Below are positions 17,743-27,392 of a stretch of 32,000 nucleotides of DNA, one piece after another (position 1 is the stretch's first letter; each line of letters opens with the position of its first letter). The DNA is from Nitrososphaeraceae archaeon (lineage in GTDB: Archaea; Thermoproteota; Nitrososphaeria; Nitrososphaerales; Nitrososphaeraceae). The notes below the pieces were generated by a model. That model was not told the DNA's origin. It did no database searches and saw only the letters and a program-made list of their open reading frames with translations. A program made the translations under genes and the position numbers. The stretch lies in contig JBJMFM010000010.1 in NCBI GenBank assembly GCA_045808425.1, forward strand, positions 12,044 through 44,043, written 5' to 3'.

Positions 17743-18060
17743 ATGAGATACAGTCGAAGAAAGAAAAACGCAGGCGGAGCAGAGAATCGTCGCGGAAGAA
17801 ATTGGATGTCCGCAATGGGAATATTATTCATTGTCATGGCTGTCATAATCGCATTAAGAAATCTTTATTTTTTTACTACTCAGCTGTCCATTTGGTTCTA
17901 TCTTGATAATTACACAAATGGTCAGATTAACAATGAGAAATTTGTTATTGCAATGGTAGTCGCGGGTGGCATTTTGTTATTTTGTGGGTACTTTAAAAAG
18001 AATAATGAAGACAGCCGGCGTGATGAATACGAATCACGCAGATTTAATTATGGATTGTAA
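17743..18060 (+). CDS. Small membrane protein (105 aa, 2 TM)
   Basis: 'MGILFIVMAVIIALRNLYFF' and 'FVIAMVVAGGILLFCGYF'. 6 nt downstream of the preceding gene. Confidence 0.7.
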   Translation: MRYSRRKKNAGGAENRRGRNWMSAMGILFIVMAVIIALRNLYFFTTQLSIWFYLDNYTNGQINNEKFVIAMVVAGGILLFCGYFKKNNEDSRRDEYESRRFNYGL

Positions 18061-18196
18061 GATCAAGATTTTTTCCTGATGATATCAAGCCAAGATAAAT
18101 GTGGGGAATTCCATGTATAGACTGGTTAACGCAGTCAATGCAGAATCAATAATCAAGGTTTAATAGTAGAGATCAACACATATGATTTGAACAGTA

Positions 18197-18982
18197 TTGG
18201 GTCTTATGAATCGTATTTCAACCGTCGTTAAACAAAAGGTTAGTACTCTTCTCGACAGATATGAGGATCCTAAAGAAGCCCTGGACTATTCATATACAAA
18301 GCAGACCGAGATGTTAAATAAGTTAAGAAGAGACATTGCAGAAGTAATAACGGCCAAAAAGCGGCTGGAAATGCAAAAGGCAAAATTATGGGATAATATC
18401 CGTACGCTTGATGAGCAATCTAGACGTGCAATAGATGCAGATAAGGAAGATCTGGCTAGGCTAGCCCTAGAGCGAAAGAATGTCAACATGATGCGACTGC
18501 GTGCATTGGATAAGCAGATAACCGATATGCAGTCAGAACAAGAAAAGCTTCAAGATACAGAAAGACGCCTGTCTTCCAAAGTAGAGGAATTCAATTCAAA
18601 GAAAGAGGTCATAAAGGCCCAGTATTCAGCAGCAGAAGCTCAGGTTCGAATCAAGGAAAGCGTTACAGGGATATCAGAGGAAATGGCTGATGTAGGCATA
18701 GCAATGAATAAAGCAGAAGAAAAGGCTGAAAAAATGAAAGCCAAGTCTCAGGCTTTAGATGAAATGATAGATTCTGGTGTCCTCACAGATTATACTTCAA
18801 ACACGAATGATGATGGAAGTGCCATAGAAAAAGAGCTAGAAGACGTTGCGTCACAAAGGGCGGTAGACGAAGAGTTGGCTAAACTAAAGGCTGAGCGTTC
18901 TAAAAAGAAAAAGCTCGGCAATAGGAGCGATGATGTCGTGGAAGAGCAAGAGACAGAAGAGGTACAGCAGGCCGCCACTTGA
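18197..18982 (+). CDS. pspA: PspA/IM30 family envelope-stress protein
   Basis: 'MGLMNRISTVVKQKVSTLLDRYEDPKEALDYSYTKQTEMLNKLRRDIAEVITAKKRLE' followed by long coiled coil, typical of PspA/IM30. Confidence 0.93.
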   Translation: MGLMNRISTVVKQKVSTLLDRYEDPKEALDYSYTKQTEMLNKLRRDIAEVITAKKRLEMQKAKLWDNIRTLDEQSRRAIDADKEDLARLALERKNVNMMRLRALDKQITDMQSEQEKLQDTERRLSSKVEEFNSKKEVIKAQYSAAEAQVRIKESVTGISEEMADVGIAMNKAEEKAEKMKAKSQALDEMIDSGVLTDYTSNTNDDGSAIEKELEDVASQRAVDEELAKLKAERSKKKKLGNRSDDVVEEQETEEVQQAAT

Positions 18983-19166
18983 TTCAAATGATGAATGTGA
19001 CGCGATTAGAAACAGCAGATCAATAATATGTATATATATATATTTTAAAAGTTATTCCATATTTGCTGCAATATATGAAAGATAAACTAAATTAGCAAAG
19101 TTAAAGGCTTAGAAACTTCATAAAATAAGCTGGTAGTAAAAAATAGGAGGAATAAAGAGCACCATA

Positions 19167-19670
19167 ATGAAAAAGACTAAATCCCCAAAAAAAGGTAAAT
19201 CGAAAACCGCTAAGAAAAGCGAATTTTCGTCTAGAAAGCAAAAACCATCGAAACGAGGAAGCACATATCAAATCACAAGAGGCAGAAGCAGACAGTTAGC
19301 AAAAGCTAGCAAGCAGCTTGCAAAACGAAAGCATCCTAGGAAAAAAAGCGGTAGTACTCGAGTTAAGCCCGTTACGAAGAACAAGATTGTAAGAATTATG
19401 GGCCATGGTCAGTTTAGCGTAGATTCCAAAATATTGCAAAGGCTAAATGAGATTGACGGCTTGCTTGTGCGACTGGTAAACATGGACAGGCCTGATGATA
19501 ACGAATTCAAAAAGCATCTGGTCGATCTGACAGCTATTGTGGAAAAAAATGGAAAACAGATTGATCCAAAGGAAATAATCCAGTCTGATATCATCCTTCC
19601 CAGTGCCGACCTTTCAATCGATGAGGCAAAAAGGCTGTTTACAGGCGAGGGTGTAGTTCCAGTAATCTAA
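19167..19670 (+). CDS. PspAA-like (PspA-associated) domain protein with a Lys/Arg-rich N-terminal extension
   Basis: C-terminal 'KIVRIMGHGQFSVDSKILQRLNEIDGLLVRLVNMDRPDDNEFKKHLVDLTAIVEKNGKQIDPKEIIQSDIILPSADLSIDEAKRLFTGEGVVPVI' fits the PspAA pattern. Confidence 0.75.
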   Translation: MKKTKSPKKGKSKTAKKSEFSSRKQKPSKRGSTYQITRGRSRQLAKASKQLAKRKHPRKKSGSTRVKPVTKNKIVRIMGHGQFSVDSKILQRLNEIDGLLVRLVNMDRPDDNEFKKHLVDLTAIVEKNGKQIDPKEIIQSDIILPSADLSIDEAKRLFTGEGVVPVI

Positions 19671-19681
19671 ATAGTATAGGA

Positions 19682-20287
19682 TTAGAAAGGCAAGTCCCAC
19701 AGCGGATACCACATTGCCATATCCCGCTCGAATGGAATCTCATCCTGGATGCTTGCCATTATTCTCATCTCATTTTCTGTATCTCTGGTTTTTTTGCCAA
19801 AGAACGGCACAAAAGGATAAAATTTGTTAGATTTATAGTTATAAATTAAATACTGCATCTTATTGTTCTCGCTATCGTTGGATTTTTGTTCTCGGCTAAG
19901 TTCAAAGATCGATGCAAGTAATTGGCTTGAAAATCCTTTTTCCTGTATAGTATCACCTATGGCGGTTATAGCTGCTAATATGTCCTCTATTGTTCTTCCC
20001 TTGAGAATTACCCACAGATAGCCATAAGAGTCAATAATCGTACGATACTCTAGTTCAAAATCTGGCTTACTGATATTAAGAAATCTTTCAATTTCATCTT
20101 TCATTTCATTAAAATACATGCCACTTGCTGATTTAGCAGCCAAAGCGCATCTACCAGTAGGTTTTAAGCCAAGTTTAGTCTCCAATGTGATTGTTGCCGA
20201 AGAAAGAGAAAAAATTGCTTCAGAATCTATTTTTGATTTGTTCTTGTCATAGTAAATGCCCTTCCTAATTTTCCGAAAAAAGCTCAA
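19682..20287 (-). CDS. PspAB-like (PspA-associated) protein
   Basis: 'AIFSLSSATITLETKLGLKPTGRCALAAK', 'DSYGYLWVILKG', 'KGFSSQLLASIFEL', 'YLIYNYKSNKFYPFVPFFGKKTRD', 'IPFERDMAMWYPLWDLPF'. Overlaps the htpX stop by 4 nt. Confidence 0.78.
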   Translation of the reverse strand: MSFFRKIRKGIYYDKNKSKIDSEAIFSLSSATITLETKLGLKPTGRCALAAKSASGMYFNEMKDEIERFLNISKPDFELEYRTIIDSYGYLWVILKGRTIEDILAAITAIGDTIQEKGFSSQLLASIFELSREQKSNDSENNKMQYLIYNYKSNKFYPFVPFFGKKTRDTENEMRIMASIQDEIPFERDMAMWYPLWDLPF

Positions 20288-21204
20288 CTCATGGAAGCCT
20301 CCATCTCCATAAGCTTCTGTATTCTCTTTTCAACTGGTGGGTGAGTAGAAAAGAGATTCACAATGGTGCTCCCAGACATGGCGGGTACGATAAAAAATGC
20401 ATTTAATCCTTCAGCCTGCCGCAAATCTTTTGTAGGCATTCGCTGCATATTACCGCTAATTTTCATTAAAGCATTCGCTAGCTTGACTGGCTTTCCCGTC
20501 ATTTGTGCAGATCCCCTGTCTGCAGCGAACTCTCTGTAACGCGAAATAGCGCGGATAATAAGAAAGCTAATAACCCACGTGAGGATTGCGACAACTATTA
20601 CGATAGCCATTCCTCCGCCATTATTGCGGTCTCTACTGCCGTAACCATATCCGTATCCGTAGCCCATACCACCGTAGAATCCAAACTGCATAAGATACCA
20701 CGCAACGGTAGAGAATAAGCTTGCAAGTGTTAGAACAAGAACATCGCGGTTTCTAATATGCGTCAGTTCATGTGCCAACACACCTTCTAATTCCTCTGTA
20801 TCAAGCAGATCCATAAGTCCTGTGGTCACAGCTACCACGGAGCTGCTCTTTCCTTTACCAGTCGCAAATGCATTAGGCATTTTTGTATTAATTACAGCTA
20901 TCTTCGGTTTAGGAAGATTATTTCTTGCAATAATTCTTTCTACAACATCATGTAGTTTTGGATACTGTTCTCTTGTCACTGTCTTTGCTCCTGAGCTCCA
21001 AAGGACGATCTTGTCTGAGAAATACCACTGTAATAAAATCATTATAGAGGCAACTACGGTTATTGAAATAAAATCCAGACCAACGTAGGCTAGTACACTA
21101 AGAAACAAAATATAGAGTAGCGCAAGAATGCCAAAACTAAGAAGTATTCGAACAGTTAGGCCGGTATCACGTCTCTGCCACGATGGTCTTCTTGAAACAG
21201 ACAA
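20284..21204 (-). CDS. htpX: HtpX-family zinc metalloprotease
   Basis: 'GVLAHELTHIRNRD' (HExxH), 'NAFATGKGKSSSVVAVTTGLM', 'EFAADRGSAQMTGKP', 'LFSTHPPVEKRIQKL'. Confidence 0.96.
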   Translation of the reverse strand: MSVSRRPSWQRRDTGLTVRILLSFGILALLYILFLSVLAYVGLDFISITVVASIMILLQWYFSDKIVLWSSGAKTVTREQYPKLHDVVERIIARNNLPKPKIAVINTKMPNAFATGKGKSSSVVAVTTGLMDLLDTEELEGVLAHELTHIRNRDVLVLTLASLFSTVAWYLMQFGFYGGMGYGYGYGYGSRDRNNGGGMAIVIVVAILTWVISFLIIRAISRYREFAADRGSAQMTGKPVKLANALMKISGNMQRMPTKDLRQAEGLNAFFIVPAMSGSTIVNLFSTHPPVEKRIQKLMEMEASMS

Positions 21205-21237
21205 GTGTAAATATAATTAGACTGAAACCACTTTTAA

Positions 21238-22425
21238 TTATTTGCCTGAATTATATATAAAACGCTCTAGCTTATCCATTGCATTCTCTAGGACTTCTTC
21301 ACTGGCAAGATAAACTATTCTAAAATGGCCCGCACCAAATTCTGAACCAAATCCAGATCCATGAACAGTCAATACCCCTGTATTATTTAGTAGATCAAGA
21401 ACAAATTGCAAATCATCGTTCCAACGGGAGTCCATATTGATTTTTGGAAAAACATAGAAAGCGCCATGTGGTATTTTACAAGTGACTCCTTCGATTGCAT
21501 TTAGACGTTTTACTACGTAGTCTCGTCTTCTATGTAGTTTTGCAACCATGTCTTTAATATGGTCTTGAGGTCCTCGCAATGCTTGTACCGCTGCTTTTTG
21601 GACAGGAAGATTTGCAGATATACGAACCCTGGCAAGCTTAGGAACATTCTTTCGGAAAGAATCGAGTCTTTGTGAAGAGCTATTTATACAAATATATCCA
21701 CATCTCCAACCTGTCATCAGGTACGCTTTGGAAAAGCCATTAAGTAAAATCAAGGGAGCATCTTTTGCCACGCTTCCTATGCCGGTGAACTGATTATCAA
21801 AAACAATTTTATCATATATTTCGTCGCATATTACATACAAATCATGTTCAGCAGCCACGTCAATTAATTGCTGCAGACTTTTACGATCGAAAACTTCTCC
21901 CGTCGGATTGTTTGGACTGATTAGACATAATGCCCTAGATCTGGAAGTTGCCTTGGATCTTAGGTCTTCAATATCAGGTCGACCATCGTCATGTAATTTA
22001 AACTCTACTGGTTTTCCTCCATAGAATTTGACATATGAGGCATATGGCGGATAATATGGTCCCGGCATAAGAACCTCGGTATTAGGGTCGACTACAGAAG
22101 CCATAGTCATATCGAGTCCTTCCGAAACACCATTTGTAATTAACACATCGGTTTCTTCTATCGAAAGTCCTTTTTGTTTTTCTTTATCAACAACTGCATT
22201 TCTTAGTTCAGGGAGTCCTTCAGATTCGGTGTAATAGTTTTCATTGTTCTCTACTGCACCAATCAATGCCTGTTTAATATGATGAGGTGTATTGAAACCA
22301 TATTTGACAGGATCCCCTATATTGAGATATATTATCTGTTTCCCTGTCGCTTCATATTGTCTTGCATGAGAAATTATATCACGTATAGCATATTCTACAC
22401 CTGCAGTTCTATCTGAGACTTTCAA
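21238..22425 (-). CDS. Pyridoxal-phosphate class I/II aminotransferase
   Basis: 'YLNIGDPVKYGFNTP', 'NVLITNGVSEGL', 'LCLISPNNPTGEVFDR', 'LLNGFSKAYLMTGWRCGYICI' (PLP lysine). Confidence 0.95.
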   Translation of the reverse strand: MKVSDRTAGVEYAIRDIISHARQYEATGKQIIYLNIGDPVKYGFNTPHHIKQALIGAVENNENYYTESEGLPELRNAVVDKEKQKGLSIEETDVLITNGVSEGLDMTMASVVDPNTEVLMPGPYYPPYASYVKFYGGKPVEFKLHDDGRPDIEDLRSKATSRSRALCLISPNNPTGEVFDRKSLQQLIDVAAEHDLYVICDEIYDKIVFDNQFTGIGSVAKDAPLILLNGFSKAYLMTGWRCGYICINSSSQRLDSFRKNVPKLARVRISANLPVQKAAVQALRGPQDHIKDMVAKLHRRRDYVVKRLNAIEGVTCKIPHGAFYVFPKINMDSRWNDDLQFVLDLLNNTGVLTVHGSGFGSEFGAGHFRIVYLASEEVLENAMDKLERFIYNSGK

Positions 22426-22750
22426 TTGATATTCTAAGGTTAGAATACCTAGTTAAACTGTTGTGCACCTATGAGCATCATATTATGATGACAAGTCATA
22501 TGCAACGCAGCGATAAAATTTATTATTCTTTTGATCTTCGAGATTTCTGCACAAATATGAGTGGTAGTGTTTATTGCCGTAATGATCACCCTTCTATAGT
22601 CATCAGAGCTTAAATTTGACTTGAAAGAGAGGTTGAATATAATATGATTTTTTTGGATTGCATGTCATTATTTTACAAACATATCTATCTAGTAGCAAGG
22701 TGTGTGATGGCAGTTCAATTGATATATGGCACAATCAATGAAGCCAAATA

Positions 22751-22825
22751 GGGCCCGTAGCGTAGCTAGGATATCGCGGCGGTCTTCGGAACCGCAGGTC
22801 ATGGGATCGAAGCCCATCGGGTCCG
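22751..22825 (+). tRNA. tRNA-Arg (TCG)
   Basis: GGGCCCG-TA-GCGTAGCTAGGATATCGC-G-GCGGT-CTTCGGA-ACCGC-AGGTC-ATGGG-ATCGAAG-CCCAT-CGGGTCC-G. All stems pair (one G-T in the acceptor). Anticodon TCG at 22786..22788. Confidence 0.93.
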
Positions 22826-22843
22826 CTTTTCTTAAAGTTTTAA

Positions 22844-25084
22844 TTACTTTTCAAATAGAACTTGTTTAATTCTGATCGTTAGTATTCCTCTTTCATGATA
22901 CAAGTCTCCAACGGCTCTAAACTCTGAGCCAGTTTTTAAGAGATCTCGTGGTCCATCATAGTCGTATTGGTTAAGCCTTGCATGCCACCTCTCGTCAATT
23001 GTCACAAGAGCCTTTCCAGGCAAAATTTTCTCGACATATACATTATAGATTTTCCCTGGGTATTGTTTAAGACTCTCAGCTGTTGTCAGCCTTCCATCGT
23101 CTAACCACTCTATCTTCTTTAGCTTTTCGAGTTTCTTTATTGCTTCGACTAGGACCAGATTTTCAAGCCGCAAGTTCTCGCGAAGCTCGTCGGCATCGAT
23201 ACCATGTTTTCCCGCCTTCACTAACTGTAAATAAATGAGCCTAACTGCTCTTTGTACACCTCTTCTCAATTTACCGGTGACCAAATCTGCTTCGAGCACA
23301 GAAGAGATCTGCCTGCTCCTTGTTTGTAATCTGCTTAAGTGCCCTCTTCTTGCGTCGTCACCATCTGGTGACTTGCCATCTTTTATCTCCAATTCAATTC
23401 TTTTTGTTAAATTTTGTTGCAGTCTTGCTTGTCTATTTTCGATTACGGATAATTCCTCCGAGGTCATGAGATTGGGCTTGAATGGTAGCCTGTTCATTTG
23501 CTTTAAAGTGATATTGGTTATATTACTCAAACGTTTGTGCATCATTTCTATACGCCTTTGGCTTGCAAGATGATAACGTCTGTCAACCGTCTCGTTGGCA
23601 GCAAGTATGATAACTGAGCCTGCCGACTTCCTTCCAGTTCTACCTTTCCTTTGGATATACCTTATTTCGCTTGGTATTGGTTCATAAAAGATCACGAGAT
23701 CCACTTCGGGTATATCAAGCCCCTCTTCAGCTATGGACGTTGCTACAAGAACATTAAACTCTCCATTTCGAAATAATTCAAGAACCGTCGCTTGTTCTTC
23801 CTGCCTCATTCCTTCATCTCCCTGTCTCTTTGCTTGACCTACAAACCTTGAAGACCTGATGCTGCTTTTGGATAAGATATCTGTTATATGCCTAGCAGTA
23901 TCCCTATACTGAGTAAATATCAAAATCCTAGATCTACTCTCTTCAGGACCATTCACTGAGGACTGAAGATGCTGCTTCACCAGTTCCAGCACACGCTTGA
24001 CCTTGGGGTGCTCTTTTTGTATTCCTGATATGAGCGCTTTGGCTTCTAAAATTCTAGGATCCCTGCGCAGAAATGATTGTGTCTTTGAGTCATCTTTCTC
24101 TGCCCTATCCAGGAATGCCTTGAGCGAATATGAACCCTGGCTACCCATTAGCTCAATGCAATACATCAAACTCAGAGCAGCTGATTGATTTGAAAGAGCT
24201 ATATAAATTGGCCCTCTTTGCTCTTCCATCGTAAGTTCAAGGTTGTATCGAAGAAGATCTCCTGCCTGTATCAAATCTCTTTTGAATATCCAGTCAATTC
24301 TGTTTTTCGTAACTATACCTCTTTGAATAAGCCATTTCAATTTCTCATCCAATACGGATCGGAGTAGAGATATAACATACATATACTCCTCTGGTAGGTT
24401 AAACCACTCCCACTTGACATCAATTGGGTTGACATAGGGTTTTACGTCGGGGTCCTCTTCCGTTCTGTATTCCATGTTCTCAACGAAGAGGTTATCACAA
24501 ACTTCTTGCACTCTCTTCCTCTCAGCGCCAGGGCTAGCAGTTAGCGCTAGTAATAAAGGATTAGATGACTGCTCTATGTAGTGTCTTGCTATTGAAGTAT
24601 ATGCATAGTCTTTTACCGCTCTATGTGCTTCGTCAAATACCAATAAACTAAAGTCACTTAAAGATAATCTACGTTCACTTATGTCATTCTTGACGACTTC
24701 AGGTGTGGCAAACAGCAATCTTATACGCCTCTGGTTCCATACTGCAGAACGATATTCAGGAGGAGTCTTTCCGGTTACGCATGCTGTCTCCTCTTGTAGT
24801 ACCTTCAATGCTGATAGGAACGACATCATATGTTGGGATACCAGTGGCCTTGTCGGTGCCATTACCAATACACGCATATCCTTATACTTGTAAAGCATAT
24901 TTGCGCAAACAAGCAAAGCTACAATTGTCTTTCCAAGAGAAGTTGGAAGAATTACAAGCGTGTTTCTGTAGCAACATGACTGAGATATAGCCTTTTGATA
25001 ACTTCTCAGCTCTAAGCATCTATTCCATACAAGAGGATGTTCTACGTACTGCAGCGGCAACAATTCAATAGGAGAACTATTCAC
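22844..25084 (-). CDS. Hef-like (FANCM/MPH1-type) SF2 DNA helicase without a recognisable C-terminal ERCC4 nuclease
   Basis: 'NTLVILPTSLGKTIVALLV', 'LLVFDEAHRAVKDYAY', 'LALTASPG', 'ILIFTQYRDTA', 'PSEIRYIQRKGRTGR'. The C-terminus is winged-helix-like plus a small beta-rich segment. Confidence 0.9.
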   Translation of the reverse strand: MNSSPIELLPLQYVEHPLVWNRCLELRSYQKAISQSCCYRNTLVILPTSLGKTIVALLVCANMLYKYKDMRVLVMAPTRPLVSQHMMSFLSALKVLQEETACVTGKTPPEYRSAVWNQRRIRLLFATPEVVKNDISERRLSLSDFSLLVFDEAHRAVKDYAYTSIARHYIEQSSNPLLLALTASPGAERKRVQEVCDNLFVENMEYRTEEDPDVKPYVNPIDVKWEWFNLPEEYMYVISLLRSVLDEKLKWLIQRGIVTKNRIDWIFKRDLIQAGDLLRYNLELTMEEQRGPIYIALSNQSAALSLMYCIELMGSQGSYSLKAFLDRAEKDDSKTQSFLRRDPRILEAKALISGIQKEHPKVKRVLELVKQHLQSSVNGPEESRSRILIFTQYRDTARHITDILSKSSIRSSRFVGQAKRQGDEGMRQEEQATVLELFRNGEFNVLVATSIAEEGLDIPEVDLVIFYEPIPSEIRYIQRKGRTGRKSAGSVIILAANETVDRRYHLASQRRIEMMHKRLSNITNITLKQMNRLPFKPNLMTSEELSVIENRQARLQQNLTKRIELEIKDGKSPDGDDARRGHLSRLQTRSRQISSVLEADLVTGKLRRGVQRAVRLIYLQLVKAGKHGIDADELRENLRLENLVLVEAIKKLEKLKKIEWLDDGRLTTAESLKQYPGKIYNVYVEKILPGKALVTIDERWHARLNQYDYDGPRDLLKTGSEFRAVGDLYHERGILTIRIKQVLFEK

Positions 25085-25276
25085 AATACATGCAAATAAT
25101 CATTTAGCAAATATAAAATGAGCTATACGTTCTACTACAGCCATAACAATTTTCTTTCTAAACTACAAATATGCTGTTGGCCCTGTAGCCACATAGTTTT
25201 AAGAAACAGTTTTAAGAATCTTGCTGAAAGCCAAACTTTGTTATTGATCATAATACAGATTGAAAAAATGGCTTCG

Positions 25277-25603
25277 TTATATCTCGAAGATATCTCTCTG
25301 ATCTGTTGCCGGTCGTTTTCTTTGAGGATTAACTTCATCGATACTCTTTGCTAGCTGAGATAGCTTTGGGTTAGAGACTAGTCTATTTATTTCTCCTATT
25401 TCAGCTTCTGATCTGAGTACTATTCCTCTTTTCTTTGAAGGAGACCCAGTAGAATCTACAGGATTTACTTCTATTGCTAATGTCGCTGGCCTTCCCTTAA
25501 ATGGCGGCAACTTTAGAAGAAACACTCCGGGTATACTAGTCGGCTTTCTTTCCCAATCTGTGCCGTCCCTCAGAAATTCTAGTAGTCTTTCATCGATGCT
25601 CAT
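25277..25603 (-). CDS. Conserved hypothetical protein (108 aa)
   Basis: Soluble ORF 'IPGVFLLKLPPFKGRPATLAIEVNPVDSTGSPSKKRGIVLRSEAEI...' located upstream of the Hef-like gene on the same strand. Confidence 0.65.
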   Translation of the reverse strand: MSIDERLLEFLRDGTDWERKPTSIPGVFLLKLPPFKGRPATLAIEVNPVDSTGSPSKKRGIVLRSEAEIGEINRLVSNPKLSQLAKSIDEVNPQRKRPATDQRDIFEI

Positions 25604-25802
25604 GATATAAGATCAATTGAAATTCAATTATTTTATAGATATAAAAACATAAAGTCTGACCATTTCCATTGATAACACATATACGATATTTCCGCTACTA
25701 GTTGACAAGAATTCAAGATTTAGTTTTTTGATATGTGATATAAACCTTAAGCTGTGAATCAAAACATTAAAACTTTTGATTGGCATTCATTAAGTTTGCG
25801 AA

Positions 25803-27389
25803 ATGGTAAAAATGTCATTAGATTACCACAACGGAACAATCGTAATAAGTGGGATAGCCAATCTGCCTTTCGCGACCCTTGATCCCAGGACCAATTCCCT
25901 TAGGGCTCCAGCTCTTTACTACATAAATTTAATCGAGCACATGAAACGAAGTAATATAGAATATATCGATAACGTTTTGGACCTAATTCCCTCTAAACAT
26001 TTGAATGTAGGGAGCACAAAAAATAATAGTGCTAATTCTAATGATAATGATTCGTCCAATTTATCCCTTAGAGATTATCAGCGAGAGGCTATTACCAATT
26101 GGATCAAAGCCAAAATGAGAGGCTGCATAGTCTTGCCGACTGGTGCTGGTAAAACACTGATAGGCATGGAAGCGATCAAGGCGATAGATTCTGCATCATT
26201 AATCGTAGTACCGACTATCGATCTTATGGAACAATGGACGTGGAATCTGTCAAAATATTTTAAATGCGTAAAGATAGGAAATCTTGGAGGGGGCTATGAT
26301 AATATTCAACCCATCACAGTTGCGACATATGATTCTGCGTACCTACGTGCGTCTAAGATTGGAAACAAGTTTTCATTAATAATATTTGACGAGGTTCATC
26401 ACCTAGCTGCACCTGGCTACAGATCAATAGCGGAACAGATGGCCTCACCATTTAGATTGGGCCTTACAGCAACAATAGAGCGAGAGGATAGAAGACATAT
26501 AGAACTTCCAAATCTTGTGGGAGAAACAGTATTCCAGCTGTCATCTGACCGGCTTGTTGCTAGACAATACTTAGCACCATATGAAATAGAGACAAGAGAA
26601 GTCGTAATGCTGCCTGAGGAAATTAGGGAATACAATAAGAACTATGACAAGTATCAAGATTGCTTACTACGACTTGGTTTTAAGTATCCCATTGCATTTC
26701 AAAAATTAATTTTGCTATCAGGCAGAAATATGATTGCCAGACAAGCCGTGTTGGCTAGAAAAAAAGCGATGTATATAGCTCTAAACAGCAGATCAAAAAT
26801 ACAAGAGCTAAGGCAAATTCTTGCAAAAAATAGAGGAGTTAAAACTATTATATTCACACAGTATAATAGGCTAGTTTATGAAATATCAAAAACTTTTCTG
26901 ATACCATTTATTACCTACAAGACAGGTAAAGGAGAGAGGCTAGATGTACTGAAGCGCTTCACAGAGGGAAGATATAATGCGATAGTTACATCCAAAGTTT
27001 TGGATGAGGGTTTGGATGTACCAGATGCGGTGCTTGGTATAATTGTCAGCGGAACAGGAAGCAGAAGGGAATTTATTCAGAGGCTTGGAAGGCTTTTAAG
27101 GCCTAAATTGGATGTATATAAAAAAGCAAAACTTATTGAGATTATCTCTGCCAGAACTACTGAGACACACACCAGCACAAAGAGAATGAATGCACTGGGT
27201 AACGAGGATACGAAAGAAGATAATAATCAGAAATTTGGAAGGAGAACTGAAATTAAGACATTTTGTTTTGCCAACGATAATAATAATATTAATTTTGATT
27301 GCACAGCATTGCTAGCAGTATCAAATGCAAGGACTTCGAATCTTATCCTAAAAGAAAAATGGCAAACTACTGAGAGTGAGACGGTATAG
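25803..27389 (+). CDS. XPB/ERCC3-like (Rad25) SF2 DNA helicase
   Basis: 'LRDYQREAITNWIKAKMRGCIVLPTGAGKTLIG', 'IIFDEVHHLAAPGYRSIAEQM', 'RLGLTATIERED', 'REFIQRLGRLLRP'. Confidence 0.95.
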   Translation: MVKMSLDYHNGTIVISGIANLPFATLDPRTNSLRAPALYYINLIEHMKRSNIEYIDNVLDLIPSKHLNVGSTKNNSANSNDNDSSNLSLRDYQREAITNWIKAKMRGCIVLPTGAGKTLIGMEAIKAIDSASLIVVPTIDLMEQWTWNLSKYFKCVKIGNLGGGYDNIQPITVATYDSAYLRASKIGNKFSLIIFDEVHHLAAPGYRSIAEQMASPFRLGLTATIEREDRRHIELPNLVGETVFQLSSDRLVARQYLAPYEIETREVVMLPEEIREYNKNYDKYQDCLLRLGFKYPIAFQKLILLSGRNMIARQAVLARKKAMYIALNSRSKIQELRQILAKNRGVKTIIFTQYNRLVYEISKTFLIPFITYKTGKGERLDVLKRFTEGRYNAIVTSKVLDEGLDVPDAVLGIIVSGTGSRREFIQRLGRLLRPKLDVYKKAKLIEIISARTTETHTSTKRMNALGNEDTKEDNNQKFGRRTEIKTFCFANDNNNINFDCTALLAVSNARTSNLILKEKWQTTESETV

Positions 27390-27392
27390 GGC

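Noticed and set aside
18286-18987. Minus-strand ORFs inside pspA (18286..18489, 18790..18987)
   Set aside because: Antisense shadow of a coiled-coil gene; the sequences consist of Ser/Leu/Phe-rich artefacts.
22430-22750. Possible C/D-box-like sequence (ATGATGA near 22490) in the intergenic region
   Set aside because: No convincing paired D and C'/D' boxes at suitable spacing; a single short match is expected by chance.
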